From the NCBI GenBank assembly GCA_036676395.1, contig JAKFCY010000002.1, positions 1,024,001 to 1,088,000 on the forward strand: a stretch of DNA of 64,000 bases, in the 5' to 3' direction. Under the pieces are notes generated by a model. The model had not been told where the DNA came from. It was given only the letters and a program-made list of their open reading frames with translations, and searched no databases. The position numbers and the translations under genes are program-made. Of the stretch, positions 19,478-29,500 are shown piece after piece. This stretch comes from Bdellovibrio sp. (GTDB lineage Bacteria > Bdellovibrionota > Bdellovibrionia > Bdellovibrionales > Bdellovibrionaceae). Position 1 is the stretch's first letter; each line of letters begins with the position of its first letter.

Positions 19478-19942
19478 ATGAAAAATATTTTAATCGGTTT
19501 TTTCTTAATCAGCAGTACGTTAACAGCAAACGCCAACGATATCGCACAGAACGTAAATTCTGAGTTGGCTAAAGTAGAAACCGAAATGGATGCTTGTGGG
19601 GCTGTCATGCCGGTCAACAAGCTGATAGCCCTTGGTAAAAAAGATCGCTCAGGTTCAATCGTTGATTCTTTAATTGCAGCTTTAAAAAATGATAAGCTAG
19701 GTGCTTATTCTAAATCGGGTGCTGCAATGGCTTTGGGTCAAATCGGAGACGCACGTGCCATAACTGATTTACAAAAGTCAGCTGATACAGCCACAGACGC
19801 TATGTTAAAATCTATTTCTCAAGATGCTATTTCGTTAATTAAGGGCGAATTTAAAAGTGAAGGTAAAATTTATGTTTATTCATTCGCAATTAAAAAACTA
19901 AAAACTGATTGCGAATCAGGAATTTCAGAAATCGTTAAATAA
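19478..19942 (+). CDS. secreted HEAT-repeat protein
   Basis: signal peptide; LIAALK...AAMALGQIGDARAI..L. Confidence 0.7.
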   Translation: MKNILIGFFLISSTLTANANDIAQNVNSELAKVETEMDACGAVMPVNKLIALGKKDRSGSIVDSLIAALKNDKLGAYSKSGAAMALGQIGDARAITDLQKSADTATDAMLKSISQDAISLIKGEFKSEGKIYVYSFAIKKLKTDCESGISEIVK

Positions 19943-19943
19943 T

Positions 19944-20005
19944 TGCTTAATTTTCGACGCTCTTGTTTTCGGTTTACACTTTTTTTGTAAACCGAAATAC
20001 AGAGT
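19944..20005 (+). repeat. dispersed hairpin element, copy C (expanded loop)
   Basis: TGCTTA-N5-CGAC-GCTC...TTTCGGTTTACA-loop-TGTAAACCGAAA...GAG. Confidence 0.55.
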
Positions 20006-20039
20006 AAAAAAAAGCCAAGGTTTTATCCTTGGCTTTTTT
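20006..20039. terminator. bidirectional intrinsic terminator
   Basis: A8-GCCAAGG-ttttat-CCTTGGC-T6 between convergent genes. Confidence 0.8.
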
Positions 20040-20085
20040 ATTTGTGAAACGCGCTGCTCCCGAAAAAGGGACGGCGTACCTAAAA

Positions 20086-21249
20086 TTATCTTTCAGAGAT
20101 CGGTTTTACATTGCGTTGTGGAGCGCCGATGTACTCAGATAACGGGCGGATAATTCTGTTATTCGCCGTTTGTTCCATAATGTGCGCTGACCAACCTGTA
20201 GTGCGCGCCATGACAAAAATTGGAGTAAAGAAATCGATTTCAAAGCCCATCATGAAGTAAGCAGGACCTGCTGGGAAATCTAAGTTAGGGTAGATTTTTT
20301 TCTTTTCGACCATGACTTTTTCTAAAGATGTGTACATCTTCATCCATTTTTGTTCGCCAGTGACATCAGCCATAACTTGCGCGTACTTTTTCATTGTCGG
20401 AACACGTGAATCCCCTGATTTGTAAACGCGGTGACCAAAGCCCATCACTTTACGTTTGTTTGCTAACGCGTCTAACATCCACTGTTCAGCTTTTTCTGCA
20501 TCTGCGATTTCGATCATCATGTGCATGACCATTTCATTGGCGCCGCCGTGTAAAGGGCCTTTTAAAGCGCCGATACCAGCAGTTGTTGCAGAATAAATGT
20601 CAGATTGAGTTGAAGTTACAACACGTGCTGTGAAAGTCGACGCATTGAAAGAATGCTCAGCGTATAATACTAAAGAGACGTCAAAAGCTTTAACTACTTT
20701 TGCATCTGGCACTTTGCCAAAACACATGTGAAAGAAGTTTTCTGCGATTGATAAATTAGGGTTTGGCGCAATAAAGTCTAAACCTTTTTTAAAACGGTAA
20801 TCAGCAGCAACCATAGTTGGGATTTTTGCTAATAAACGGATCGCTTTATCCATGTTTACAGCCGGAGATGCATCCCAGATTCTTTCGTCTTCACAACCTA
20901 AAAACGAAACACCTGTGCGGATAGAATCCATCGGGTGACACTTTTTAGGTAGAGCTTTGATAACATTTAAATTGTCTTTAGAAATATCACGTAATGATTT
21001 TTCTTTGGCAGAGAATTCAGCAAGCTGAGCTTTATTCGGCAGTTCGCCGTTATACATTAAGTACGCTACTTCTTCAAAAGAGCAGTTTTCAGCTAAATCT
21101 TGAACAGGGTAACCACGGTAGACTAATGAATTTGTCTCGGCATTTACTTTAGATACAGATGATGTATCCATAACAACGCCTTCAAGACCTTTTTTAACGT
21201 TCATTTTTTCTGGTTCAGCTACGTAATCCGGATTGATATATTCAGCCAT
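20086..21249 (-). CDS. prpC: 2-methylcitrate synthase
   Basis: GLEGV, YAEHSFNASTF, GPLHGGANE, MGFGHRVY, PNLDF; in the prp operon. Confidence 0.92.
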   Translation of the reverse strand: MAEYINPDYVAEPEKMNVKKGLEGVVMDTSSVSKVNAETNSLVYRGYPVQDLAENCSFEEVAYLMYNGELPNKAQLAEFSAKEKSLRDISKDNLNVIKALPKKCHPMDSIRTGVSFLGCEDERIWDASPAVNMDKAIRLLAKIPTMVAADYRFKKGLDFIAPNPNLSIAENFFHMCFGKVPDAKVVKAFDVSLVLYAEHSFNASTFTARVVTSTQSDIYSATTAGIGALKGPLHGGANEMVMHMMIEIADAEKAEQWMLDALANKRKVMGFGHRVYKSGDSRVPTMKKYAQVMADVTGEQKWMKMYTSLEKVMVEKKKIYPNLDFPAGPAYFMMGFEIDFFTPIFVMARTTGWSAHIMEQTANNRIIRPLSEYIGAPQRNVKPISER

Positions 21250-21277
21250 GGTTTCCTCTTTCTTTTATATTTTTTTA

Positions 21278-22180
21278 TTATGTGTTTAATTTAAAATTAA
21301 AAATCGATTGGTCAAACGAGTTGTACGCTTCGTAATTTGTTAGATCGTACAATTGTTGACGAGTTTGCATCATTGGAATTGCTTCTTCTTGAGAGCCAGT
21401 CTTTTTGATAATATCAAGACCTGCAGAAGTTGCACCCATGGCTAAACGTAAAGTTGTCACCGGATAGATCACCATGTTGTAACCCAGGTTTTCTAATTCA
21501 GTTTTAGAATATAATTTGCCTTTACCGAACTCAGTCATGTTCGCTAACAGGGGAACACTGATCGCTTTTCGCATCGCTTCGAATTCTTTTTCGTTTTGCA
21601 TAGCTTCTGGAAAAATCATCTCAGCACCGGCATCCACATAAGCTTTTGCGCGGTCGATGGCTTTATCTAAGCCTTCTGAAGCACGTGAATCTGTGCGCGC
21701 GATAATTAAAAAATTTGCATCTAATTTTTTACCGTTAACTGCAGCTCTGATTTTTTTAGTCATCTGTGAAGTTTCAACCACTGATTTATTATCAAGGTGG
21801 CCGCAGCGTTTTGGATTTTCTTGGTCTTCAAGATGGCAACCAGCCAGACCCATTTCGATAAATTCTTGGATCGTGCGGGTTACATTCATGGGTTCGCCCC
21901 AACCAGTATCTGCATCAATGATAGATGGTAATTTAGTTGTGCGTGCGATTTGGCGACCACGGTTTGCAACTTCTGTTAAAGTTGTCAAACCGATGTCTGG
22001 ATAGCCTAGATCATTTGATAGAACTGATCCCGAGATGTAAACACCGTCAAAACCTTTTTGTTCAATCATCATACTCGTCAGCGGAGAAAATGATCCAGGA
22101 AACTGTAAAAGTTTTCCCGTTTTTAATTGATCACGAAAATTCTTTCTTTTTTCAGCCGCTGTCAGAGTAGGAAACATCAT
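21278..22180 (-). CDS. prpB: methylisocitrate lyase
   Basis: DADTG, EDQENPKRCGH, LANMTEFGK. Confidence 0.95.
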   Translation of the reverse strand: MMFPTLTAAEKRKNFRDQLKTGKLLQFPGSFSPLTSMMIEQKGFDGVYISGSVLSNDLGYPDIGLTTLTEVANRGRQIARTTKLPSIIDADTGWGEPMNVTRTIQEFIEMGLAGCHLEDQENPKRCGHLDNKSVVETSQMTKKIRAAVNGKKLDANFLIIARTDSRASEGLDKAIDRAKAYVDAGAEMIFPEAMQNEKEFEAMRKAISVPLLANMTEFGKGKLYSKTELENLGYNMVIYPVTTLRLAMGATSAGLDIIKKTGSQEEAIPMMQTRQQLYDLTNYEAYNSFDQSIFNFKLNT

Positions 22181-22206
22181 AATTAGCTCCATTCGCCTTC
22201 GGCGAA

Positions 22207-23715
22207 CTAGAAAATACCTTTTTGGTCGCGTTTGTTGTTGATTAATTTGTCGATTGGAATCTGAACGTTTAACTGTTGAACTTCAGCAGCGGTTAATTCA
22301 GGTAAGCGCTCGCATAAAGAAATGAAACGGTTACGTTCTTCTTTTGTGATCACTTCAGACGTTAACGTATCAAACTTGCGGATATAATCTGCGCGTTTGA
22401 ATGGTTTTGCTCCTGCAGGATGGGCGTTAGCTACGCCTAATTCATCAACGATTTTATCACCGTTGTTCATAGTGATTTCTACACGACCACCGAACATTTT
22501 TTTGTTTGGATCTTGGTCATGGTAAGCTTCAGTCCATTTTGCTTCTTCAGTCGTTGTGATTTTGTTCCATAAACGAACTGTGTCTGGGCGGTTAGCGCGC
22601 TCAGGAGCATAGCTGTCTACGTGGTGCCAAGTGCCATCTTGTAAAGCTACGGCGAAGATGTACATGATCGAGTGATCTAATGTTTCGCGAGACGCTTTAG
22701 GGTCCATTTTTTGTGGATCGTTAGCGCCTGTACCAATAACGTAATGTGTGTGATGAGACGTGTGGATCACAACAGATTTAACATCATCAAAGTTTGAAAT
22801 TTTAGTTTTCATACGCGAAGCTAAATCGATTAACGCCTGAGATTGGTATTCAGCCGAATGTTCTTTAGTGTAAGTTTCAAGGATAGCGCGTTTTTCTTCG
22901 CCAACTTCTGGAAGTGGTACAACGTATTTACCGTCTTTACCATCTAAGCAGTAAGCAATAACTGAATCTTCACCTTCATAAATCGGAGACGGCGCTCCTT
23001 CACCGCGCATTGTTCTATCAACTGCTTCGATAGCTAATTTACCAGCGTGAGCAGGTGCATAAGCTTTCCAAGAAGAGATTTCACCTTTACGAGATTGGCG
23101 AGTGGTAAATGACACGTGAACCGCTTGTTGAATTGCTTGAAACACAGTTTCAGTTGGTAAACCTAAAAGCGTACCGATGCCGCCAGCAGTAGCCGGGCAT
23201 AAATGCGCAATGTGATCTTTTTTATGTTTGTGTAAGCAAATTCCTTTGACTAGGTCTACGTGTAATTCATAACCAGCAACGATAGCTTTTAATAACTCTT
23301 TACCGTTTTTACCAGTTTGTTGAGCCACGGCTAAGATTGGTGGAATGTTATCACCTGGGTGAGAATAATCTGCGGCTAAGAAAGTATCATGGTAATCTAA
23401 TTCACGAACTGCAGTTCCGTTAGCCCAGGCTGCCCATTCACAAGAAAATTTTTGATCATTTGGCATTCCAAAAACTGTAGCACCACCAGCGCGTGGGTGC
23501 GCAAGCGCCATTGCGCGAGCTGAAGCTACCGGGTGACGGTTAGCGGCTGCGATAGCCACAGAAGCATTGTCGATAATGCGGTTAATAACCATGTCGATAA
23601 CGTCTTCTTTGATGGGAGCATTATCAGTACAGATTTCAGCCATTTTCCAAGCAAGTTGGTCACGGCGCTCAAGTTTTTCTTTAGATGGGTAAACGCGAAC
23701 GGTATGTTGACGCAT
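22207..23715 (-). CDS. prpD: 2-methylcitrate dehydratase (MmgE/PrpD)
   Basis: RELDYHDTFLAADYSHPGDNI, ISSWKA, ETLDHS. Confidence 0.93.
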   Translation of the reverse strand: MRQHTVRVYPSKEKLERRDQLAWKMAEICTDNAPIKEDVIDMVINRIIDNASVAIAAANRHPVASARAMALAHPRAGGATVFGMPNDQKFSCEWAAWANGTAVRELDYHDTFLAADYSHPGDNIPPILAVAQQTGKNGKELLKAIVAGYELHVDLVKGICLHKHKKDHIAHLCPATAGGIGTLLGLPTETVFQAIQQAVHVSFTTRQSRKGEISSWKAYAPAHAGKLAIEAVDRTMRGEGAPSPIYEGEDSVIAYCLDGKDGKYVVPLPEVGEEKRAILETYTKEHSAEYQSQALIDLASRMKTKISNFDDVKSVVIHTSHHTHYVIGTGANDPQKMDPKASRETLDHSIMYIFAVALQDGTWHHVDSYAPERANRPDTVRLWNKITTTEEAKWTEAYHDQDPNKKMFGGRVEITMNNGDKIVDELGVANAHPAGAKPFKRADYIRKFDTLTSEVITKEERNRFISLCERLPELTAAEVQQLNVQIPIDKLINNKRDQKGIF

Positions 23716-23769
23716 GTCAGTCTCCTATAAATTACTTTTTCAGTAGTTAAACAACCCTGAAAAATTAAC

Positions 23770-26577
23770 CTAGAAGATACCGACTGACAAATGAAAAGCC
23801 CCTTCTGACTCGTAGCTCTTTCTGTCGAGCTTTCGGGCATATTCTAAATTAAGCGGACCCACTGGCGTATTGTAGCGTAAGCCTACTCCGGCAGCATCGC
23901 GGTAACGGTCTTCGAATGAAATATGGTCAACAATCACTTCGCCGCCGTCGTAAAACACAGCCCCAGCCAAGTTTTCAGAGCCAAACAGCGGAAATCTGAA
24001 TTCAGATTTGATTAATTGGTAAACTGAATAATTGTCTAAACGGTAGCTGGCCGGTAACTGTAAATTAGTGGTCGGGAAAAATTCGCTCGATTCAAAACCC
24101 CGGATTGTGCTTCTGCCGCCTAAAATAAAACCTTTTTTATCAAAGGGAACACCAAATTCATGCGTGCCCAGAGTTTTAACATAACCGGCACGGTAAGAGT
24201 TAACCCAGATCAAACCTTTTTCTTCCCAAATGGGGCTGTAAAGTGTGAACTGGCCGGTGGCGCGGTAAAAATCATCGACATTGTGATTACCCTCGGATGA
24301 ATATTCTAAAGTCAGGCGTGTCCAGTGGCCATCGGTCGGGTTTAAAATATTATCACGGTAATCAATATCAATTGTTGGCCCGATGGTGACGATCACCAGA
24401 TCTTGGCGGGTATAGCCAAATTTAATTTCATCGTCTTTATCAATGCCTTCATCGACGTAATTAGAAATGTTGGGTAATTCAAAAATTCCGGTAATGTGAG
24501 ATGTAAAATCCTGTTCAAACGAAAACACTGTTTGATTGGTGATCGTTGATTTACGAATGCTGATATCTGAAATTTCGCGGGCTGTGGTGTAGTTCACGCG
24601 AAAACGCGCGCGGGTATCAAATAAATAAGGTTCAAGGTATCCAGCAGTGGCTTTATATTCGACAAAGTTAATAATTTCAGGATTGTACTTAGCTTCACCT
24701 CTGAGTGAAGCCCCACGGCCCCAGCCGCCGATATTGCGATAAGCGATGCCGGCAAAGCCATGCAGAGTTAAATTATTTTCGTTAGTTATACCGGCACCTG
24801 CGGTAAAAACGCCGGGCTTACGTTCGTTGACGCGCACGACGACCGTGCGCTCTTGCGTGCTGGTGTTGGCTTCAAGCGTGTAAATTTCAATGGTCGAAAA
24901 ATGACCCGTTCGTTGTAAGCGGGTGGTTGATTCATCAAGTTTAGTCGGTGTTAAAAGTTCGCCGACTTTAAAATCAAGTTCAGTTAAGATCAGTTTAGCG
25001 TGAGTCATGTCGTTACCTTCGATTAAAATCGAACCAACGCGAATTTGCGGACCTTCGAAAATATCTACACGAATTGAAGCTTCAGTTAAACTGTCAGAGT
25101 ATTGAATTAGATTTTTATTTTCAGACAGTAATTTTGATTCGATAAACCCATTATCAGCATAAAACACTTTTAAATTATTTAAAGCCGTTTCAAGTTCGAT
25201 CAGGCTAAGTTTTTGCCCGGTTTGCAGAGCTAAAACTTCGTTAATTTTATCTGTCGAAAAAAACTTATTGCCAGTGATGGTGATCTTATCAATTGTTGCC
25301 TGTGGGCCTTCTTCGATTTGTAAAACCACAAGGGCTTTATTTGACCTGCGGTTTTCTGAGCCGACTTGAATACGAGAAAGTTTTGCGTTTACAAACCCTT
25401 CATTCTGAAGATAAGTGATCAGATTTTTGGCGGCCTGTTCGACATCAGCCTGAATTAAAACGTGTTCTTGGGTTTTAGATGAAGATAATTTTTCGAACAA
25501 ATTAACATAATACTTTTCTGGTCGAGAAATATTACCAATGACTGAAATTTTATTAATTTTAACCAGGGGGCCTTCATTGACATTTAAGGTGATAATATTT
25601 AATTCACCTTCTTTACGTTCGAAATGTAAAACTTCGCAGAAAGCGTAACCTTCAGCCAGGTAGCGTAATCTGATTTTTTCGGCCAAATCCGAACCAAAGT
25701 TTTGATCGCTGGTAAAGTACTCATCAAGTTTTAAGACTTCGTTAAACAAAACCGGTTTATTAATTGAAAGTTCATTGGCATCTTTATGCTGAAACCGCTG
25801 GCCAATGATTTCAATTTTATACTTTGGCAGCGGTGTTAACTTAAAATTTAAACGGGTGCGCTGTTCATCGGCACTAAACGTGATCGACGGCGAAGGAATA
25901 TTTACTAGGTAATAACCTTCTGCATTTAAAGATTTTCTTAAACTTTTGCTGACGGTCTTAAGATTGGTGTCAGATAAAATTTTACCTTTACCGTTCCAGG
26001 TAAAATCGCGTTCAATTTTAAGGGTTTCATCGGCAGGTAAACCATCGATTTTAATCTCAGAAATCCTGGTTTTTTTGCCAGAGTTAACATCAATAAATAC
26101 TTCGCGGGTTGTCGTGCTTTTGTTGACGATGCGCGAACTAATCTGCACCTTGCGGTACCCGATATTTTTAAAATAATTTTGCAGACGTTCAACCGCCGCA
26201 GCAATTTTGTTTTCGTCCTGAGCGTCGGCTAAGTTTAAAGCTAATATTTCTAAAGCCTCTTCTTCATCGATTTCATTAAGATTTGTGAAGTTAATGGCTT
26301 CAACTTTTGAGCTTAAGGTGCCGACTAAATAAAGTTCATCATCTTTTTCAACGACTTTAAGCTGGGTAAAATTAAGGTCGCGGTGGATATCTTTGATTAA
26401 GACTGAAATTTCTTCGGCAGTAAAACTTTTCTGTAGTAAAGCCGGGTGCTTTTTTGCCAGCGGCGCTATGATATCTGCCGGCCAGTCATTCAGATTGAAC
26501 GCAGGATATGTCTGTGCAAACGCAGGGCGCACGATGAATAAAAATAGCAAAGAGCATAATAAGCTTTTAGTTAGCAC
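23770..26577 (-). CDS. tamA: Omp85-family protein (TamA/BamA-like) with multiple POTRA domains
   Basis: POTRA repeats, GG.STIRGF, GVGLRYNTPVGPL, terminal Phe; adjacent to tamB. Confidence 0.8.
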   Translation of the reverse strand: MLTKSLLCSLLFLFIVRPAFAQTYPAFNLNDWPADIIAPLAKKHPALLQKSFTAEEISVLIKDIHRDLNFTQLKVVEKDDELYLVGTLSSKVEAINFTNLNEIDEEEALEILALNLADAQDENKIAAAVERLQNYFKNIGYRKVQISSRIVNKSTTTREVFIDVNSGKKTRISEIKIDGLPADETLKIERDFTWNGKGKILSDTNLKTVSKSLRKSLNAEGYYLVNIPSPSITFSADEQRTRLNFKLTPLPKYKIEIIGQRFQHKDANELSINKPVLFNEVLKLDEYFTSDQNFGSDLAEKIRLRYLAEGYAFCEVLHFERKEGELNIITLNVNEGPLVKINKISVIGNISRPEKYYVNLFEKLSSSKTQEHVLIQADVEQAAKNLITYLQNEGFVNAKLSRIQVGSENRRSNKALVVLQIEEGPQATIDKITITGNKFFSTDKINEVLALQTGQKLSLIELETALNNLKVFYADNGFIESKLLSENKNLIQYSDSLTEASIRVDIFEGPQIRVGSILIEGNDMTHAKLILTELDFKVGELLTPTKLDESTTRLQRTGHFSTIEIYTLEANTSTQERTVVVRVNERKPGVFTAGAGITNENNLTLHGFAGIAYRNIGGWGRGASLRGEAKYNPEIINFVEYKATAGYLEPYLFDTRARFRVNYTTAREISDISIRKSTITNQTVFSFEQDFTSHITGIFELPNISNYVDEGIDKDDEIKFGYTRQDLVIVTIGPTIDIDYRDNILNPTDGHWTRLTLEYSSEGNHNVDDFYRATGQFTLYSPIWEEKGLIWVNSYRAGYVKTLGTHEFGVPFDKKGFILGGRSTIRGFESSEFFPTTNLQLPASYRLDNYSVYQLIKSEFRFPLFGSENLAGAVFYDGGEVIVDHISFEDRYRDAAGVGLRYNTPVGPLNLEYARKLDRKSYESEGAFHLSVGIF

Positions 26578-29500
26578 TATTTAAACTCCTTCTTATATTC
26601 GAGATCCACGCCGTAATTACCTTTATCGTTTTCATTATTTTGAATAATGCTGGTTTCATTAGTGTCTGTCTGATTTTGATAATTTAAATTCAGCGAGTAA
26701 TCAGGGTGAAACAGCCATTGTAATTTTACTTCATTACTTTGTTGTGAACCGGTCAAGGGTCTTGAATACGAAGCATTGATTTTTTTAGTGATTTTACGGC
26801 TGACCACCACTTTAGGAACCGCAATATTTTTAGTTGAATCAACTGAGGGAGCAATTTGTACGTTAAGGCCCAATTTTTCTTGAATCTGCTTATTAAATTT
26901 AGACTGATTAGAAATAGCCGCAATCACTTCAAGACCGGTTTGTTTTTGCTGGGTATCTGAAGTTAAGTTTTGGTCTTGTTTGGCAGAGGTAAAACCTAAA
27001 GCTAATAATGAAAAGATATCATTTTCACTTAACGGTGGTTGCGACGTCGGTTTGATTGACAGGGTTTTAGCCTGGCCCGAAATCAATAAAGTGATGTCGT
27101 AATCACTGACCCGTGAACTGGCGTTTAAAAAGATTTCGGGATTTATATCAGCCGTTTTTTGATCGCCGGGGTTGAAAATCACAAAACCGGTTAAAATATC
27201 AAAGGGCTTATCTTTAAAGATAAGTTTACTGCCCTGGGCGATATCAACACGGCCAGTGATAATCGGAATTTCAGGTGAGCCGGTAATGCGTAATTCGCCA
27301 GTGGCTGTGCCTTCTAAGATCGAATTTTTAATAATAATCCCTTTAGAAAATTTAGGATTCACATCCAGTAACAGTGTAGGGCTTTGTTGGTTTAGCTGTT
27401 GCGGGGGCAGATAACGGCTTGGTGCCAGCGTCAGCTTCATATCCTCGTCGCCGCCAGAGAATTCTTTAGTCACTAAGCCCTGGTCAATGTTGTAATCAAT
27501 TTTTAACGTGTACGGAATCCATGACCCTAAGATCTTAACTTTGACTAAACCCGATGTTTGCATTTGCGGCGGAAACTCTAAATCAACGCGCGAACTTTCA
27601 GCCTGTATATTAATATCAATATTTTGGGTGCCTAAAAAATTAATAAATCCAAATCCTGTAATAGGTGATTGGTTTAATTGCGCTTGTACATTTGAAATAA
27701 TTAATTTCGACTGTGAAAAATCAAGGGCTGCGTTGATTTCTTTAATCGGGTACGGAAACCCTTTGAATTGCACAACCCCGTTTTTAAGAGCGCCGTCGCC
27801 GGCTAAAGATAATTTATGCGAATTTAAATTTAGACCGAAATCAAATTCAAGCTGACCATTTAGATTTTCTAAAAACGGCACTAAAAATTGTAACGGGCGC
27901 AGTAAAATTTTGCCGTTAAAATGAATCACCGAGTTTTGTTGGCTAATATCAAGGTTTTGATCGGCGCCACGCAGGCTAATCGGCGTCAGCGTTTTTAACC
28001 CAGAGGCAAAAATAATTTCACTGGGGCGTTGTAATTTTAAAGTCTGGTTGCTTCGCTGTAATAAAAAATTATTCAGCTTAATAAAACCTTTTAAAGTTGT
28101 TAGATCGATCTTACGCGAGCGCAAATCGACCTCGGCAGTAACCAGCGCCGTTGTATCGACTGACGGAGGCGGAATTTTAATCAACGGCAAAAACGTCAGG
28201 GGATTTAAATCACGTAACTGCGCTTTAATAATAAAATCATGGCTATCATTAAATGGCAGTTGCAGTGCTGTTTGGGCTTGGCGGCCAAACACCTGGCCAT
28301 TAAAACTTAAGAAGTTTCTATTAATAATCACATCACCCTGGCTTGATAAGAGCGATTGGCCTTCGATGGTGAAATCACGCAATGAAGTTTGGCCAGAGAT
28401 CTGAATGCGATCAATCGTTTCTGTGACTTTGCCATTCAGAGATATTAAGCCCGTTGATTTGGGTAAAAGTTTAACAAAGTGATCTACTTCTTCGGCGCGT
28501 AAATTTTGTGAAGTAATATCTAAATTGAAACGGGGATCGTTTTGTTGGGTGTCAATGTGCCCGCCAACGATAATTTGGCCAGAAGGCTTAGTTAATAACA
28601 CGCGATCAAAATTTACTTTTTCGCCAGTAGCATTAAGATTTGCAATCAATTGATTAAAAGACTCTTCAGCAACAGCACCGCGATTAAGTTCTGCCTGTAA
28701 GCTGTATTTCATTTTCCAGAAGTCTAACGGGCCAGAAAAAGCCATGGCTCCTTGGCCTTGGCCAGTCAGCGTAAAAGGCAGATAAAAACGATCTTTTAAA
28801 ATCGAGATTACGCTTTTTCCGTAAAGTTTTGGAAGTTTAACATCACCATTAATAGAAGAATCTTGAAAATTTATTTCAAGGCCCCCGTTGTACAGACTTT
28901 TTTCGATTTCGCCCGAGATATTATGCAATGTTAAGGCAGAGGCTTTATAACCTAGATCGCCCGAGATATTGCCAAGGTGAAATTTGTCGATATCAAAGTT
29001 TTTAGCATTAAGTTTTGCATTAATAACGCCCCAGTCTGTTGTGCCATTGGTGTTCAGTTCGCCAGAGATAAGACCTTTTAAATTAAGATGGGCTAAATTG
29101 TCGATATGAGCTAATTCAAAGTTCGTCGCTTTAAACTTCATATCAAAGCCCTCATCGAATCCAACTTTACCGGTTGCGATGAACTCAGATGTGGCAAGCT
29201 TTGCCTGCGCCTCGTAAGCGACACCTTGTAAATTTAAGTTAACTTTGCCGCCGACCAGGGCTTTTTTAACCTGCACGATGTATTTATCATTTTTAAGACT
29301 GGATTTGACCCAGATGTTTTCAGCGATGATTTTAGTATCGCAATTAGAATCAAAGGGTAAAAGCTGGCCTGTGCAATTTGCTAAAACCGAGGCATTCAAG
29401 TCAGCAGGAATATTTTTTAGTTCAAGTGAGTTAAATAATTTTTGTAAGTTAAATTGGCTAACCTGAACTTTGCTTTTAAATTTAAACGGCTTTTCTTGGC

